A stretch of 25,441 bases of DNA from a virus (lineage: Duplodnaviria > Caudoviricetes). Of the stretch, positions 1 through 6,874 are shown in pieces. Under the pieces are notes generated by a model. That model was not told where the DNA came from and did not search any database. It saw only the letters and a program-made list of their open reading frames with translations. The position numbers and the translations under genes were made by a program. Position 1 is the first letter of the stretch. Every line of letters begins with the position of its first letter. The stretch lies in the IMG/VR virus record IMGVR_UViG_3300032303_001425, positions 1 to 25,441 of that record; one strand, given 5' to 3'.

Positions 1-692
1 AAGGCTGGGTCTTTGCCACATTCAAGCCTGTAAGCCTGTTCTATTTGTTCATTAGTTCCTAGGGGCAATTCCTTGGCTTTTTGAGCTTCTTGTTTAACCC
101 ATTCTGCTTTAAAACCTCGCCAACCTCTTTCACAGCAAAGAATCATAATTTGTTCAAGGGTCATATTTGCTAATTTAGCTTCTCTCAGCAATCCCTTCAT
201 TGCTGTTTCAGTAATTGGTGCTTTATGCTTTTCCCTTAACTTTTTAAAATCTTTCCAAACAGAATCACTAACCCCTTCAGGGGTCTTAGTATTTATATTA
301 TTGGTAATGGTATTGGTCTTGGTCTTGGTTGCTATAAGGGTGGCATTAGGGGGGCTAATGGGGTCGCATTGGGATAGCTTTTCTTCCTTGTTTGCCCATC
401 GTTTTTCAGCACCTTTTTTGCCAGATTCTTTTAAATATTGATATTTAGCAATTTCAATGTCTGCTCTTTTGTTATGCCAGCAATCATCTTCAAAAACAAA
501 GAATTCAGCCAATAATGCTTGAATTATGGATAAATCTGCCTTAACCCTTCTAGCAACTGCTACCGGGTCGGTAAAAGGTTGTTCATTAAGATAATAAAGA
601 TCGATCATTCGCCTATAAGCCAAATCTTCTTCATCGCTTAAATGGCTTGTATGGCTAATGTAATCGCCAATATGGAATGGGTAAAAATTCAT
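1..692 (-). CDS. DUF1376/YdaU-family phage replication initiator-like protein (runs off the window start)
   Basis: Not in the ORF track; translated by hand from ATG at 692: MNFYPFHIGDYISHTSHLSDEEDLAYRRMIDLYYLNEQP...WHNKRADIEI...SGKKGAEKRW...VWKDFKKLREKHKAPITETA...CCERGWRGFKAEW. The frame is open to position 1. The N-terminus is typical of DUF1376. Confidence 0.85.
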   Translation of the reverse strand, partial: MNFYPFHIGDYISHTSHLSDEEDLAYRRMIDLYYLNEQPFTDPVAVARRVKADLSIIQALLAEFFVFEDDCWHNKRADIEIAKYQYLKESGKKGAEKRWANKEEKLSQCDPISPPNATLIATKTKTNTITNNINTKTPEGVSDSVWKDFKKLREKHKAPITETAMKGLLREAKLANMTLEQIMILCCERGWRGFKAEWVKQEAQKAKELPLGTNEQIEQAYRLECGKDPA

Positions 693-720
693 GCTTGCCC
701 TGTCAAAAGCAGTCAAAAGG

Positions 721-776
721 TGGACTTGGCAGATCGGTGACTAAGCGACTTTTCGGGTGCTACCCTAGCCTGTCCA
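721..776 (-). ncRNA. C4-antisense-like structured RNA (three-way junction)
   Basis: Minus strand UGGAC-A-GGCUAG-GGUAGCACCC-GAAAAG-UCG-CUUAGUCAC-CGA-U-CUGCC-AA-GUCCA. It has closing stems UGGAC/GUCCA and GGC(U)AG/CUGCC plus two hairpins. The loops are complementary to UGACU/UGCU/UGAC at 701-720, just before the initiator AUG. Resembles phage C4-type RNAs as I recall them. Confidence 0.6.
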
Positions 777-788
777 TAGAGTTTACTA

Positions 789-1100
789 CTAAAATTCAAA
801 TTCCTTGTAATCATATCTTCCATTGTCTTTTTTAAACCACCCAAAGACAATAATTCGCCATCCAGCTTCTAGCAATAAGGGTAAATACTCAGATTCCTCA
901 ATCTTCTTGATCCTCGCTGAAATATTGCTTTTGGAAGTTATCTGTACCCCTATGGTTTCGCCTTTTCCAATAGCCAATATGTCGAATACTCCAAATAAGT
1001 CTTTTTTTCTTTTGGTGAAAGCATTGTAACTTTCCACGATGTCGCATTGGTAGCCCCGGTCTTTAAGAAGTGCAACAGTTCTTTGATTTAAGCTGGTCAT
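789..1100 (-). CDS. Small PD-(D/E)XK nuclease (VRR-NUC / Holliday-junction-resolvase-like)
   Basis: ORF 789..1115; likelier start MTSLNQRT at 1100. Motifs DLFGVFDILAI...IGVQITS and GWRIIVFGW. Confidence 0.65.
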   Translation of the reverse strand: MTSLNQRTVALLKDRGYQCDIVESYNAFTKRKKDLFGVFDILAIGKGETIGVQITSKSNISARIKKIEESEYLPLLLEAGWRIIVFGWFKKDNGRYDYKEFEF

Positions 1101-1110
1101 GCTAAATGAT

Positions 1111-1185
1111 AACAAATTTCCCGATCAGTAAGTTTTGCTTAAAAATGTAGCATATATTAAACAAATTACCCGATTGGTAAATTTT
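1111..1185. promoter_or_regulatory. Two operator-like imperfect direct repeats
   Basis: AACAAATTTCCCGATCAGTAAGTTTT (1111-1136) and AACAAATTACCCGATTGGTAAATTTT (1160-1185), 22/26 identical. The second has the dyad TTACC-N5-GGTAA. They lie between divergent operons. Confidence 0.55.
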
Positions 1186-1237
1186 AAGAAACATTGTTGT
1201 ATTTTTGACACTAGGGTATGTCCTATGTTGATTTATG

Positions 1238-1266
1238 TTTACTTTGCTAAATTCTGAGAATAAAGT
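1238..1266 (+). promoter_or_regulatory. Putative sigma70 promoter of the rightward early operon
   Basis: TTTACT (1238-1243), 17-nt spacer, TAAAGT (1261-1266). SD GAAAGGA precedes ATG 1307. Confidence 0.5.
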
Positions 1267-1306
1267 TACTACATAGCAACACAAACACAACCGAAAGGAA
1301 TCACAA

Positions 1307-1513
1307 ATGAAAGTTACAGCAACATTCTCAAATGGTCAAACAGTATCAAAAAACACCAAAAGATCATTGACCCATGCTTATCAAACAATGTTTGAACATG
1401 ATGGCTCTAAATACACATACACAGGTTTTGCCGGTAGCAAAGAATTAGCAAAAAAAGCGGCAGGATTTGGAAACTATATAAACATTGAAGTAGTTGAAGT
1501 CCAAACAATTTAA
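1307..1513 (+). CDS. Hypothetical early protein
   Basis: 68-aa ORF with strong SD (GAAAGGA); first gene after the promoter. Confidence 0.75.
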   Translation: MKVTATFSNGQTVSKNTKRSLTHAYQTMFEHDGSKYTYTGFAGSKELAKKAAGFGNYINIEVVEVQTI

Positions 1514-1518
1514 TTAAA

Positions 1519-1534
1519 TGCCCCTTCGGGGGCA
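1519..1534 (+). terminator. Stable C(UUCG)G hairpin (terminator-like or mRNA stabiliser)
   Basis: TGCCCC-TTCG-GGGGCA perfect stem right after the stop at 1513; only a weak U-tract (ACTTTA). Confidence 0.45.
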
Positions 1535-1551
1535 ACTTTACAGGAAAAAAG

Positions 1552-1812
1552 ATGAACAACCCATTAACACTATTACAACAACAACGACTTATAAATGCAT
1601 CTAGCAAAATGAGCCGGGAAGAATGGAGCAAATTGCCAGTAGGTGTTACAGATCAAATTGCCGCTAAGATTGACAGAGTAATTCTAGAGTTACATGAGGA
1701 AAACCCTATGGCTTTTAGCACCATTGCTTATTATGATGAAGCATTAGGCAAAGTTGTATATACAAAAAAATCAGTTGGCATGGACTTTTTTAAATATGGA
1801 TATAGGAAATAA
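1552..1812 (+). CDS. Hypothetical early protein
   Basis: 86-aa ORF, AGGA SD upstream, co-directional in the operon. Confidence 0.7.
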   Translation: MNNPLTLLQQQRLINASSKMSREEWSKLPVGVTDQIAAKIDRVILELHEENPMAFSTIAYYDEALGKVVYTKKSVGMDFFKYGYRK

Positions 1813-1813
1813 T

Positions 1814-1906
1814 ATGAAAGACTTTATCTTAGGTGGTTTGCTTGGTGTGTTTCTTGTTATAGTAATTTTTGGAACTCATTACCTTAGAACTGGATATGTA
1901 ATATGA
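1814..1906 (+). CDS. Small single-TM membrane peptide (30 aa)
   Basis: Hand translation MKDFILGGLLGVFLVIVIFGTHYLRTGYVI*. AGGA SD upstream; stop overlaps the next start (ATGA). Confidence 0.65.
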   Translation: MKDFILGGLLGVFLVIVIFGTHYLRTGYVI

Positions 1907-2184
1907 GCAGATATGATAATTGGTTAGAACAGCCATACAATGAAGCTGAAGATGAACAAGCAGAATTTGATGAAAGGGTTGCTGAGTTGCTTAACAGCGA
2001 TTACAACCCAGACTTACCAGAAAATATTAAAGAAGCATTTATGAATGATGCATTCTTTGGTAGTCATTGGGATGCTTTAGTAGATGCCATACAAAAAAAT
2101 GAAAAGGCTGTTATAGGCTTAATCATTACTACTTGCTTATATGAGTATTGGGAAGCCAGAGCAGAAAGCGATTGCCAGCCATGA
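1903..2184 (+). CDS. Hypothetical acidic protein
   Basis: 93-aa ORF, ATGA-coupled at both ends. Confidence 0.75.
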   Translation: MSRYDNWLEQPYNEAEDEQAEFDERVAELLNSDYNPDLPENIKEAFMNDAFFGSHWDALVDAIQKNEKAVIGLIITTCLYEYWEARAESDCQP

Positions 2185-2291
2185 TAACTTTTTTATTTTG
2201 GTTCTTTTTTGTATCTGGTCTAGCAATCTGGGCATTTGTTATTTTTATTTTTACTAATATTTGTCTGCAACTTTGGAATGCAGAAAAATGA
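2181..2291 (+). CDS. Small hydrophobic membrane peptide (36 aa)
   Basis: MITFLFWFFFVSGLAIWAFVIFIFTNICLQLWNAEK*; ATGA overlaps at both ends. Confidence 0.6.
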   Translation: MITFLFWFFFVSGLAIWAFVIFIFTNICLQLWNAEK

Positions 2292-2362
2292 TTAGCCCGG
2301 TTCAACCAGTAGTGCCTGTAATACCTACTAACAATAAACAACCACCAAAAGACAGAAAATGA
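2288..2362 (+). CDS. Pro-rich micro-peptide (24 aa)
   Basis: MISPVQPVVPVIPTNNKQPPKDRK*; exactly fills the gap, with ATGA overlaps to both neighbours. Confidence 0.5.
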   Translation: MISPVQPVVPVIPTNNKQPPKDRK

Positions 2363-2907
2363 ATAAATACAAAGAGCTTAGAACAATAGATGTATCAGCA
2401 GAAACAAAGAAAAAAGGTCGGTTTACTTATTTACCTTGGACTTATGCTGTTGATACATTGTTACAACATGATCCATTAGCCAATTGGTTTTATACACAGC
2501 CTATTGAACACAATGGCACTTTGCTAGTAGGCTGTTCTGTAACTGCATTTGGAAAAGAAATGACTGAATGGCTACCAGTTATTGATGGTGCAAACAAAGC
2601 GATCACTAACCCCAATGCAATGCAAGTAAATAATGCAATGAAAAGATGTTTGGTTAAGTGCATCGCAATATGTACTGGCATTGGTTTATCATTGTATGCT
2701 GGGGATGAATTCTGGGATGAACCAGAAGAATCAATAACCGATAAAGTTAATGAAATGTTAGAATTAGCTAAGACCCCAGAAGAACTTATGAAAGTGTTTG
2801 GGGAAAATTGGGCAAAACTAAAAACTAAAAAACAGCAAGATGAAGTTAAGCCAGTTTATGAAAAGCGAAAGGTAGAGCTAAATGCGACTAGCCCAAGAGC
2901 AACCTGA
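2359..2907 (+). CDS. Sak/Rad52-like single-strand annealing protein (DUF1071)
   Basis: IDVS...KKGRFTYLPWTYA...EWLPVID...NKAI.NP.A.QVN.AMKRCLVKCIA..G.GLSLYAGDE pattern of DUF1071. Confidence 0.85.
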   Translation: MNKYKELRTIDVSAETKKKGRFTYLPWTYAVDTLLQHDPLANWFYTQPIEHNGTLLVGCSVTAFGKEMTEWLPVIDGANKAITNPNAMQVNNAMKRCLVKCIAICTGIGLSLYAGDEFWDEPEESITDKVNEMLELAKTPEELMKVFGENWAKLKTKKQQDEVKPVYEKRKVELNATSPRAT

Positions 2908-3079
2908 TAATGTTTGTTCTGATTGTGGTAAGCAATGGGGGCTAGAAAAGCCTAGGCATCATGACTACCGGGTTTGGTTAGATACTTGTGATGTCTGCAA
3001 AAAATTAACTGCTATCTGCGATGCATCAGAATATAAGTATTTGAAAGAAGGCTGGGATGGAAAAGAAGTTTTGTGTTAG
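2882..3079 (+). CDS. Small Zn-finger-like protein
   Basis: CSDC and CDVC pairs in 65 aa. Confidence 0.6.
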   Translation: MRLAQEQPDNVCSDCGKQWGLEKPRHHDYRVWLDTCDVCKKLTAICDASEYKYLKEGWDGKEVLC

Positions 3080-3206
3080 CTGTCAAGTAATAAGAGAAGC
3101 AGAAGGTTTTAAGTTAGTGTTAAGAAACAAGACAAAAGTATGGAAGTGTGCAGTTTGTTTAAAGCGACAATCCGATCAACAATATAGGAGTAAACATGGT
3201 AGATAA
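3057..3206 (+). CDS. Small Zn-ribbon-like protein (49 aa)
   Basis: Hand translation MEKKFCVSCQVIREAEGFKLVLRNKTKVWKCAVCLKRQSDQQYRSKHGR*; two CxxC; fills the gap in the operon. Confidence 0.65.
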   Translation: MEKKFCVSCQVIREAEGFKLVLRNKTKVWKCAVCLKRQSDQQYRSKHGR

Positions 3207-3417
3207 AGACTTTATTTATACAGCATCAAGTACCGATATTACTGTTAGGTGGAAAAAACTCTATGGCTATGTTCCAGCAAGTGAACAAGAACAATATAAA
3301 AAGAAATGGGCTGATTTTAAAGCATTATTTCATCGGACATTGGATGATTCTGATGCTATATTTATTGATCCAAAGGTGCAACAGATTTGGCAGAAACAGC
3401 GAAAGCATAAAGTATGA
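3196..3417 (+). CDS. Hypothetical protein
   Basis: 73-aa ORF, AGGAG SD. Confidence 0.75.
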   Translation: MVDKDFIYTASSTDITVRWKKLYGYVPASEQEQYKKKWADFKALFHRTLDDSDAIFIDPKVQQIWQKQRKHKV

Positions 3418-3617
3418 ATCCATTTGCACAACAGGAATTTGATAAGATACCAAAGGCTGTCTATGCTCCAGAAGAATTTTTTGAATTGGGCTGGATGGCG
3501 GCAATCAACACTTTGTCTAAAGAGTTTATGACTAAATGGGAAAGGTCGGAAATGGATGATGTACAGCTAATTCAGATGCGACCTACCGACCAAATGCCAG
3601 ATGATGAAGCAGAGTAA
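3414..3617 (+). CDS. Hypothetical protein
   Basis: 67-aa ORF, ATGA-coupled to the upstream gene. Confidence 0.7.
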   Translation: MNPFAQQEFDKIPKAVYAPEEFFELGWMAAINTLSKEFMTKWERSEMDDVQLIQMRPTDQMPDDEAE

Positions 3618-3834
3618 TTGGTATCCATTATGTTTTGAATCAAGAACTCAATATGCATCATGGAAAGAAGCTAGAGATTATGCCCATGAAGTAGCATCGG
3701 TTTGTGATGATTGCAATGCAGATTATTCAGAAGAAATGCAAAGACAAAAAAGGTGCATCCCACAAGATGCTATGTTTAACTCAACTAACAGTAAGAAACC
3801 ATGCAAACTAAAGATTATTCAGAACTGTATTTAG
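3601..3834 (+). CDS. Hypothetical Cys-containing protein
   Basis: 77-aa ORF with PLCF...CDDC...RC; overlaps its neighbours. Confidence 0.6.
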   Translation: MMKQSNWYPLCFESRTQYASWKEARDYAHEVASVCDDCNADYSEEMQRQKRCIPQDAMFNSTNSKKPCKLKIIQNCI

Positions 3835-3989
3835 ATACTCAATTAGCAATCAAAAACTGCCATTTGTTTTGCTTAAAAAGCGATTGGGAATCAGCAAGTA
3901 AAGCGGCAGAAGCGGCTTCAGAATATGCAAAACAACTACAGGACACTATAAAAACTTATGACAACATTTACAACAGAAGATCGACTTAA
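3801..3989 (+). CDS. Hypothetical protein
   Basis: 62-aa helical-looking ORF in the operon. Confidence 0.6.
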   Translation: MQTKDYSELYLDTQLAIKNCHLFCLKSDWESASKAAEAASEYAKQLQDTIKTYDNIYNRRST

Positions 3990-4635
3990 TGTCGAACCCA
4001 TCCCTTTTGCCGGGATGATTGATCTAGGGATTAAACAGGGAACTGAGGAATGGCATCAGATTAGACTTGGCAAAGTAACAGCTAGCCGAGTTGCTGATGT
4101 CATGTCCAAGGTTAAAACTGGGGAATCTGCTGGCAGAAAAAACTATAAGATGGATTTGGTGGTAGAAAGGCTTACAAACAGCCCTACAAGCAGTTTTAGC
4201 AGTCCAGCTATGCAATGGGGTACAGAAACAGAACCATTGGCTAGGATGGCTTATGAAGCCAAATTTGGGCTATTTGTAGATCAGGTTGCTTTTTGCAACC
4301 ATCCTACCATTAAGAATTTTGGTTGTAGTCCAGATGGAGTAATTGGTGATGGGCTTATAGAAATTAAATGCCCAAACACTACTACCCATATTGAGTATTT
4401 AATGGGGGGTGTTCCCCCAGCAAAGTATGTCCCACAAATGCAGACACAGATGGCTTGCACAGGGGCTAAATGGTGCGATTTTGTATCATTTGACCCTAGA
4501 CTGCCACCTGAGTTGCAATTGATTGTAATTCGCCTGAATCGGGATGATGCATATATTCAGGAAATAGAAGCAGAAGTTAAGCAGTTTTTAGATGAAGTAG
4601 AACAAATTTATTCACAATTGAAAGCGAGAATGTAA
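3958..4635 (+). CDS. YqaJ / lambda-exonuclease family 5'-3' exonuclease
   Basis: QGTEEWHQIRLGKVTAS, MQWGTETEPLAR, GCSPDG, IEIKCP, YVPQMQTQM, WCDFVSFDPR. Confidence 0.93.
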   Translation: MTTFTTEDRLNVEPIPFAGMIDLGIKQGTEEWHQIRLGKVTASRVADVMSKVKTGESAGRKNYKMDLVVERLTNSPTSSFSSPAMQWGTETEPLARMAYEAKFGLFVDQVAFCNHPTIKNFGCSPDGVIGDGLIEIKCPNTTTHIEYLMGGVPPAKYVPQMQTQMACTGAKWCDFVSFDPRLPPELQLIVIRLNRDDAYIQEIEAEVKQFLDEVEQIYSQLKARM

Positions 4636-4877
4636 TGGGCATTAAATATGACTGTATTGTAAAGAATGGCACTTATACTGACAAAACCGGGGCTGAAAAG
4701 AATCGGTGGCAAAAGATTGGTGTTTGTGTAGAAACCAAACAAGGTGGTCTGGCAGTTAAGTTAGAAACAATCCCTGTAACTTGGGATGGTTGGATTTCTT
4801 TAGCAGAACCAAAGCCAAGGGAAAATGCTCAACAAACTGCACCTATTGGTGGCATTGAAGAAGATATACCCTTTTAA
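4635..4877 (+). CDS. Short SSB-like protein
   Basis: Follows the Sak and exonuclease genes; YTDKTGAEKNRWQKIG, and acidic C-terminal tail EEDIPF typical of SSBs. Confidence 0.7.
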   Translation: MGIKYDCIVKNGTYTDKTGAEKNRWQKIGVCVETKQGGLAVKLETIPVTWDGWISLAEPKPRENAQQTAPIGGIEEDIPF

Positions 4878-4889
4878 TGAAAAATAGCA

Positions 4890-4946
4890 GATAGGACTAT
4901 TACTTCACGATTCTGCGACAGCCCAGAATCTTCCTATCAGGCTGTC
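4890..4946. terminator. Structured element between the convergent early and late operons
   Basis: GATAGGA(4890-96)/TCCTATC(4932-38); GATTCTG(4909-15)/CAGAATC(4924-30); loop GACAGCC(4917-23) complementary to GGCTGTC(4940-46). Confidence 0.5.
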
Positions 4947-5421
4947 AAGATTCAAACAAAGCTCTTTCATCATTTCTTCGGTTTTGCAAGCCTTTAAGAA
5001 TTTTGCCGCCAGCCATGATGTATTTTAAGAACTCCATCGATGCCCCTTTAAAATCTTCTCGATTAATCTTTTGACGCAAGGTTGATCTTTGTAGTGTCCC
5101 AAGACCAACATTAAAGCTAAAAGAAACCAAAGCATCGAACTGACCTTGTGTGAGTTGAACAGGACAGTATTGCTCAACACCTCTTTCAAACCTAGCCAAA
5201 TCTGTTCTAAGAATATCATCGACTTCTTCCATGCTAAATGTTCTATTATCTTCTGGTCTTAATGGAACAAGCATCCTATCATCCATTTTTAGTTTTGCTT
5301 GTTCTGGATACAACACATGACCAACACCAATTGTCCAAAGATTTGCTGGGCATCTATAGGCTTTTTGTCTTACACCTTCATGGTGCTTAATCATGTTTAT
5401 TGCTTTGTCTGATACTTTCAT
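4945..5421 (-). CDS. Endolysin, GH24 phage lysozyme
   Basis: HEGVRQKAYRCPANLWTIGVGH gives the E-x8-C-x5-T catalytic triad; QFDALVSFSFNVG; GLQNRRNDERALF. Confidence 0.93.
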   Translation of the reverse strand: MKVSDKAINMIKHHEGVRQKAYRCPANLWTIGVGHVLYPEQAKLKMDDRMLVPLRPEDNRTFSMEEVDDILRTDLARFERGVEQYCPVQLTQGQFDALVSFSFNVGLGTLQRSTLRQKINREDFKGASMEFLKYIMAGGKILKGLQNRRNDERALFES

Positions 5422-5900
5422 TTCTTAAATGCCTGTGAGCCAAACCAGAATGAAACAACTGATGCCCAGATAGTTTGAGTATCGTTATCCCATAATATGT
5501 TCATAGCATCACTAAATTCCACTCCAGTTTTAATTGCATAATAAAAGCCAAAAGCATCTACAAATACCAATAAGAAAAATAAACCATAAGTAATAATTGG
5601 TCTAACCATAGCTCGCATATTGATAACCCATTGGCTTGCACCTTTGCTGATTTCAATATCATGCTGATACAGGGCAACCCTTTCTTGTGTTTGAGATTGG
5701 ATTTCAACTTGTTGAGTTTTAATTTCTTCAACATGAGCTTGGGCAATATAACCCTTTTCAGCCATTTGCAATTCTCTTTCGGTCTGCAATTTAGCCATTT
5801 CTAACTCATGGCTTTTATCAGATTTATCTTGAAAATATCCAAGAAGGCTAGGCAATCCACCAGATAAAAAAGATACTACTGTTGTAAGTAAAGTAAACAT
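5418..5900 (-). CDS. Putative holin (3-TM, GTA-holin-like)
   Basis: Hydrophobic N-terminus, coiled-coil linker, ASQWV..MRAMVRPIITY TM segment, C-terminal FWFGSQ; coupled to the endolysin gene. Confidence 0.7.
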   Translation of the reverse strand: MFTLLTTVVSFLSGGLPSLLGYFQDKSDKSHELEMAKLQTERELQMAEKGYIAQAHVEEIKTQQVEIQSQTQERVALYQHDIEISKGASQWVINMRAMVRPIITYGLFFLLVFVDAFGFYYAIKTGVEFSDAMNILWDNDTQTIWASVVSFWFGSQAFKK

Positions 5901-6238
5901 TATTTTTCCCTTCCATTTATTGCTTTAATTTTAGGAATTCCAAGTCTATCTTCAATAATGGCAATATGAGTTCTGTTTTCGGCAATATGATCTCGGTTAT
6001 GCTGAATTTCTTTTTCTAAATCTTGCCTTAACTTTTCTCTAGCTAGTTCTGCACCACTATTGCTGGCTTGTTTATTATCTGTAGTAACTACAAGGCTTAC
6101 TTTTTGATTAAGAATAGTTACATCATGCTGAATTGATCCAAGAGCTTGAATCAAATATCCTGTGCAACCTATTAATAATGGAAGAAGGGCAAATAACAAC
6201 TTTTCAATAAATGCCCCTTTTGCTGATTCATCTGACAT
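5900..6238 (-). CDS. Membrane-anchored coiled-coil lysis-module protein
   Basis: LLFALLPLLIGC hydrophobic segment followed by a heptad-rich region. Confidence 0.65.
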   Translation of the reverse strand: MSDESAKGAFIEKLLFALLPLLIGCTGYLIQALGSIQHDVTILNQKVSLVVTTDNKQASNSGAELAREKLRQDLEKEIQHNRDHIAENRTHIAIIEDRLGIPKIKAINGREK

Positions 6239-6239
6239 A

Positions 6240-6401
6240 TTAGTGCCACTTTACAGTAATAAGAGTAACAATAATAAATCCAGCACAACCAATTAATATT
6301 TGTTCTAATCTTTTTAATCTGGCATTAATAGCTTCATATCTTAATGCACAAACAGCTTCATGGGAATTTAATCTTGCGGCAGTTTCATCAATAGTGGACA
6401 T
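6240..6401 (-). CDS. Small coiled-coil protein with C-terminal TM (XhlA/holin-like), 53 aa
   Basis: Hand translation MSTIDETAARLNSHEAVCALRYEAINARLKRLEQILIGCAGFIIVTLITVKWH*; not in the ORF track (<60 aa). Confidence 0.75.
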   Translation of the reverse strand: MSTIDETAARLNSHEAVCALRYEAINARLKRLEQILIGCAGFIIVTLITVKWH

Positions 6402-6445
6402 ACAAAACTCATAATGGTTAGGTTAATCAGTCTTGTATTATCAAT

Positions 6446-6874
6446 TTAAAAGTATTTTATCACTTCTTCTGGTTTTACAAAGGCATCAGTATTATATTCT
6501 GTAAAGTTCCACCATAAGAATTGATTTTCAGCTAAATAATCCCTACTTTTTAATAAATTATGGTTTTCAGGATGCCCAAATATTAATGGATCGGATACAG
6601 ACCAGAGAACAATTCCCGGTTTGTTACAACTCCATGCAAGGTGCTGAAAGAAGCTATCACAGCCAATCCATGTGCGACATTCTGCAATTAATTCTTTAAG
6701 CCTTGCAATTGGCAAATTCTTACAAAACTCTGGCACTAATTGTTCTTCGCCTTCTACCCCAACCTGAATAATAGGTTCATCTATTAATTCAATTAATTCT
6801 TTCCAATAAGGATAGTTTTTAGGATTGCGATTGCCATTGGTTAATGCTTTGGAATAAGGGGAAATAATAATCAT
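6446..6874 (-). CDS. GT9 (heptosyltransferase-like) C-terminal-domain protein
   Basis: IIISPYS...KNYPYWKELI...IIQVG...LI.EC..WIGCDSFFQHLA....KPGIVLW matches the nucleotide-sugar-binding half of GT-B/GT9 enzymes. Confidence 0.75.
   Translation of the reverse strand: MIIISPYSKALTNGNRNPKNYPYWKELIELIDEPIIQVGVEGEEQLVPEFCKNLPIARLKELIAECRTWIGCDSFFQHLAWSCNKPGIVLWSVSDPLIFGHPENHNLLKSRDYLAENQFLWWNFTEYNTDAFVKPEEVIKYF

Noticed and set aside
1102-1290. 62-aa minus-strand ORF as a repressor
   Set aside because: No HTH-like pattern; it spans the promoter/operator region and is most likely non-coding.
4890-4946. HDV-like, hammerhead or pistol ribozyme, or a SECIS after the endolysin UGA
   Set aside because: The P1/P2 order is HDV-like, but only 8 nt are available for P3-L3. 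CUGAUAG is not the CUGANGA core and no GAAA partner is present. The UGA falls at the normal GH24 C-terminus, not a catalytic position. Kept only as an unclassified structure.
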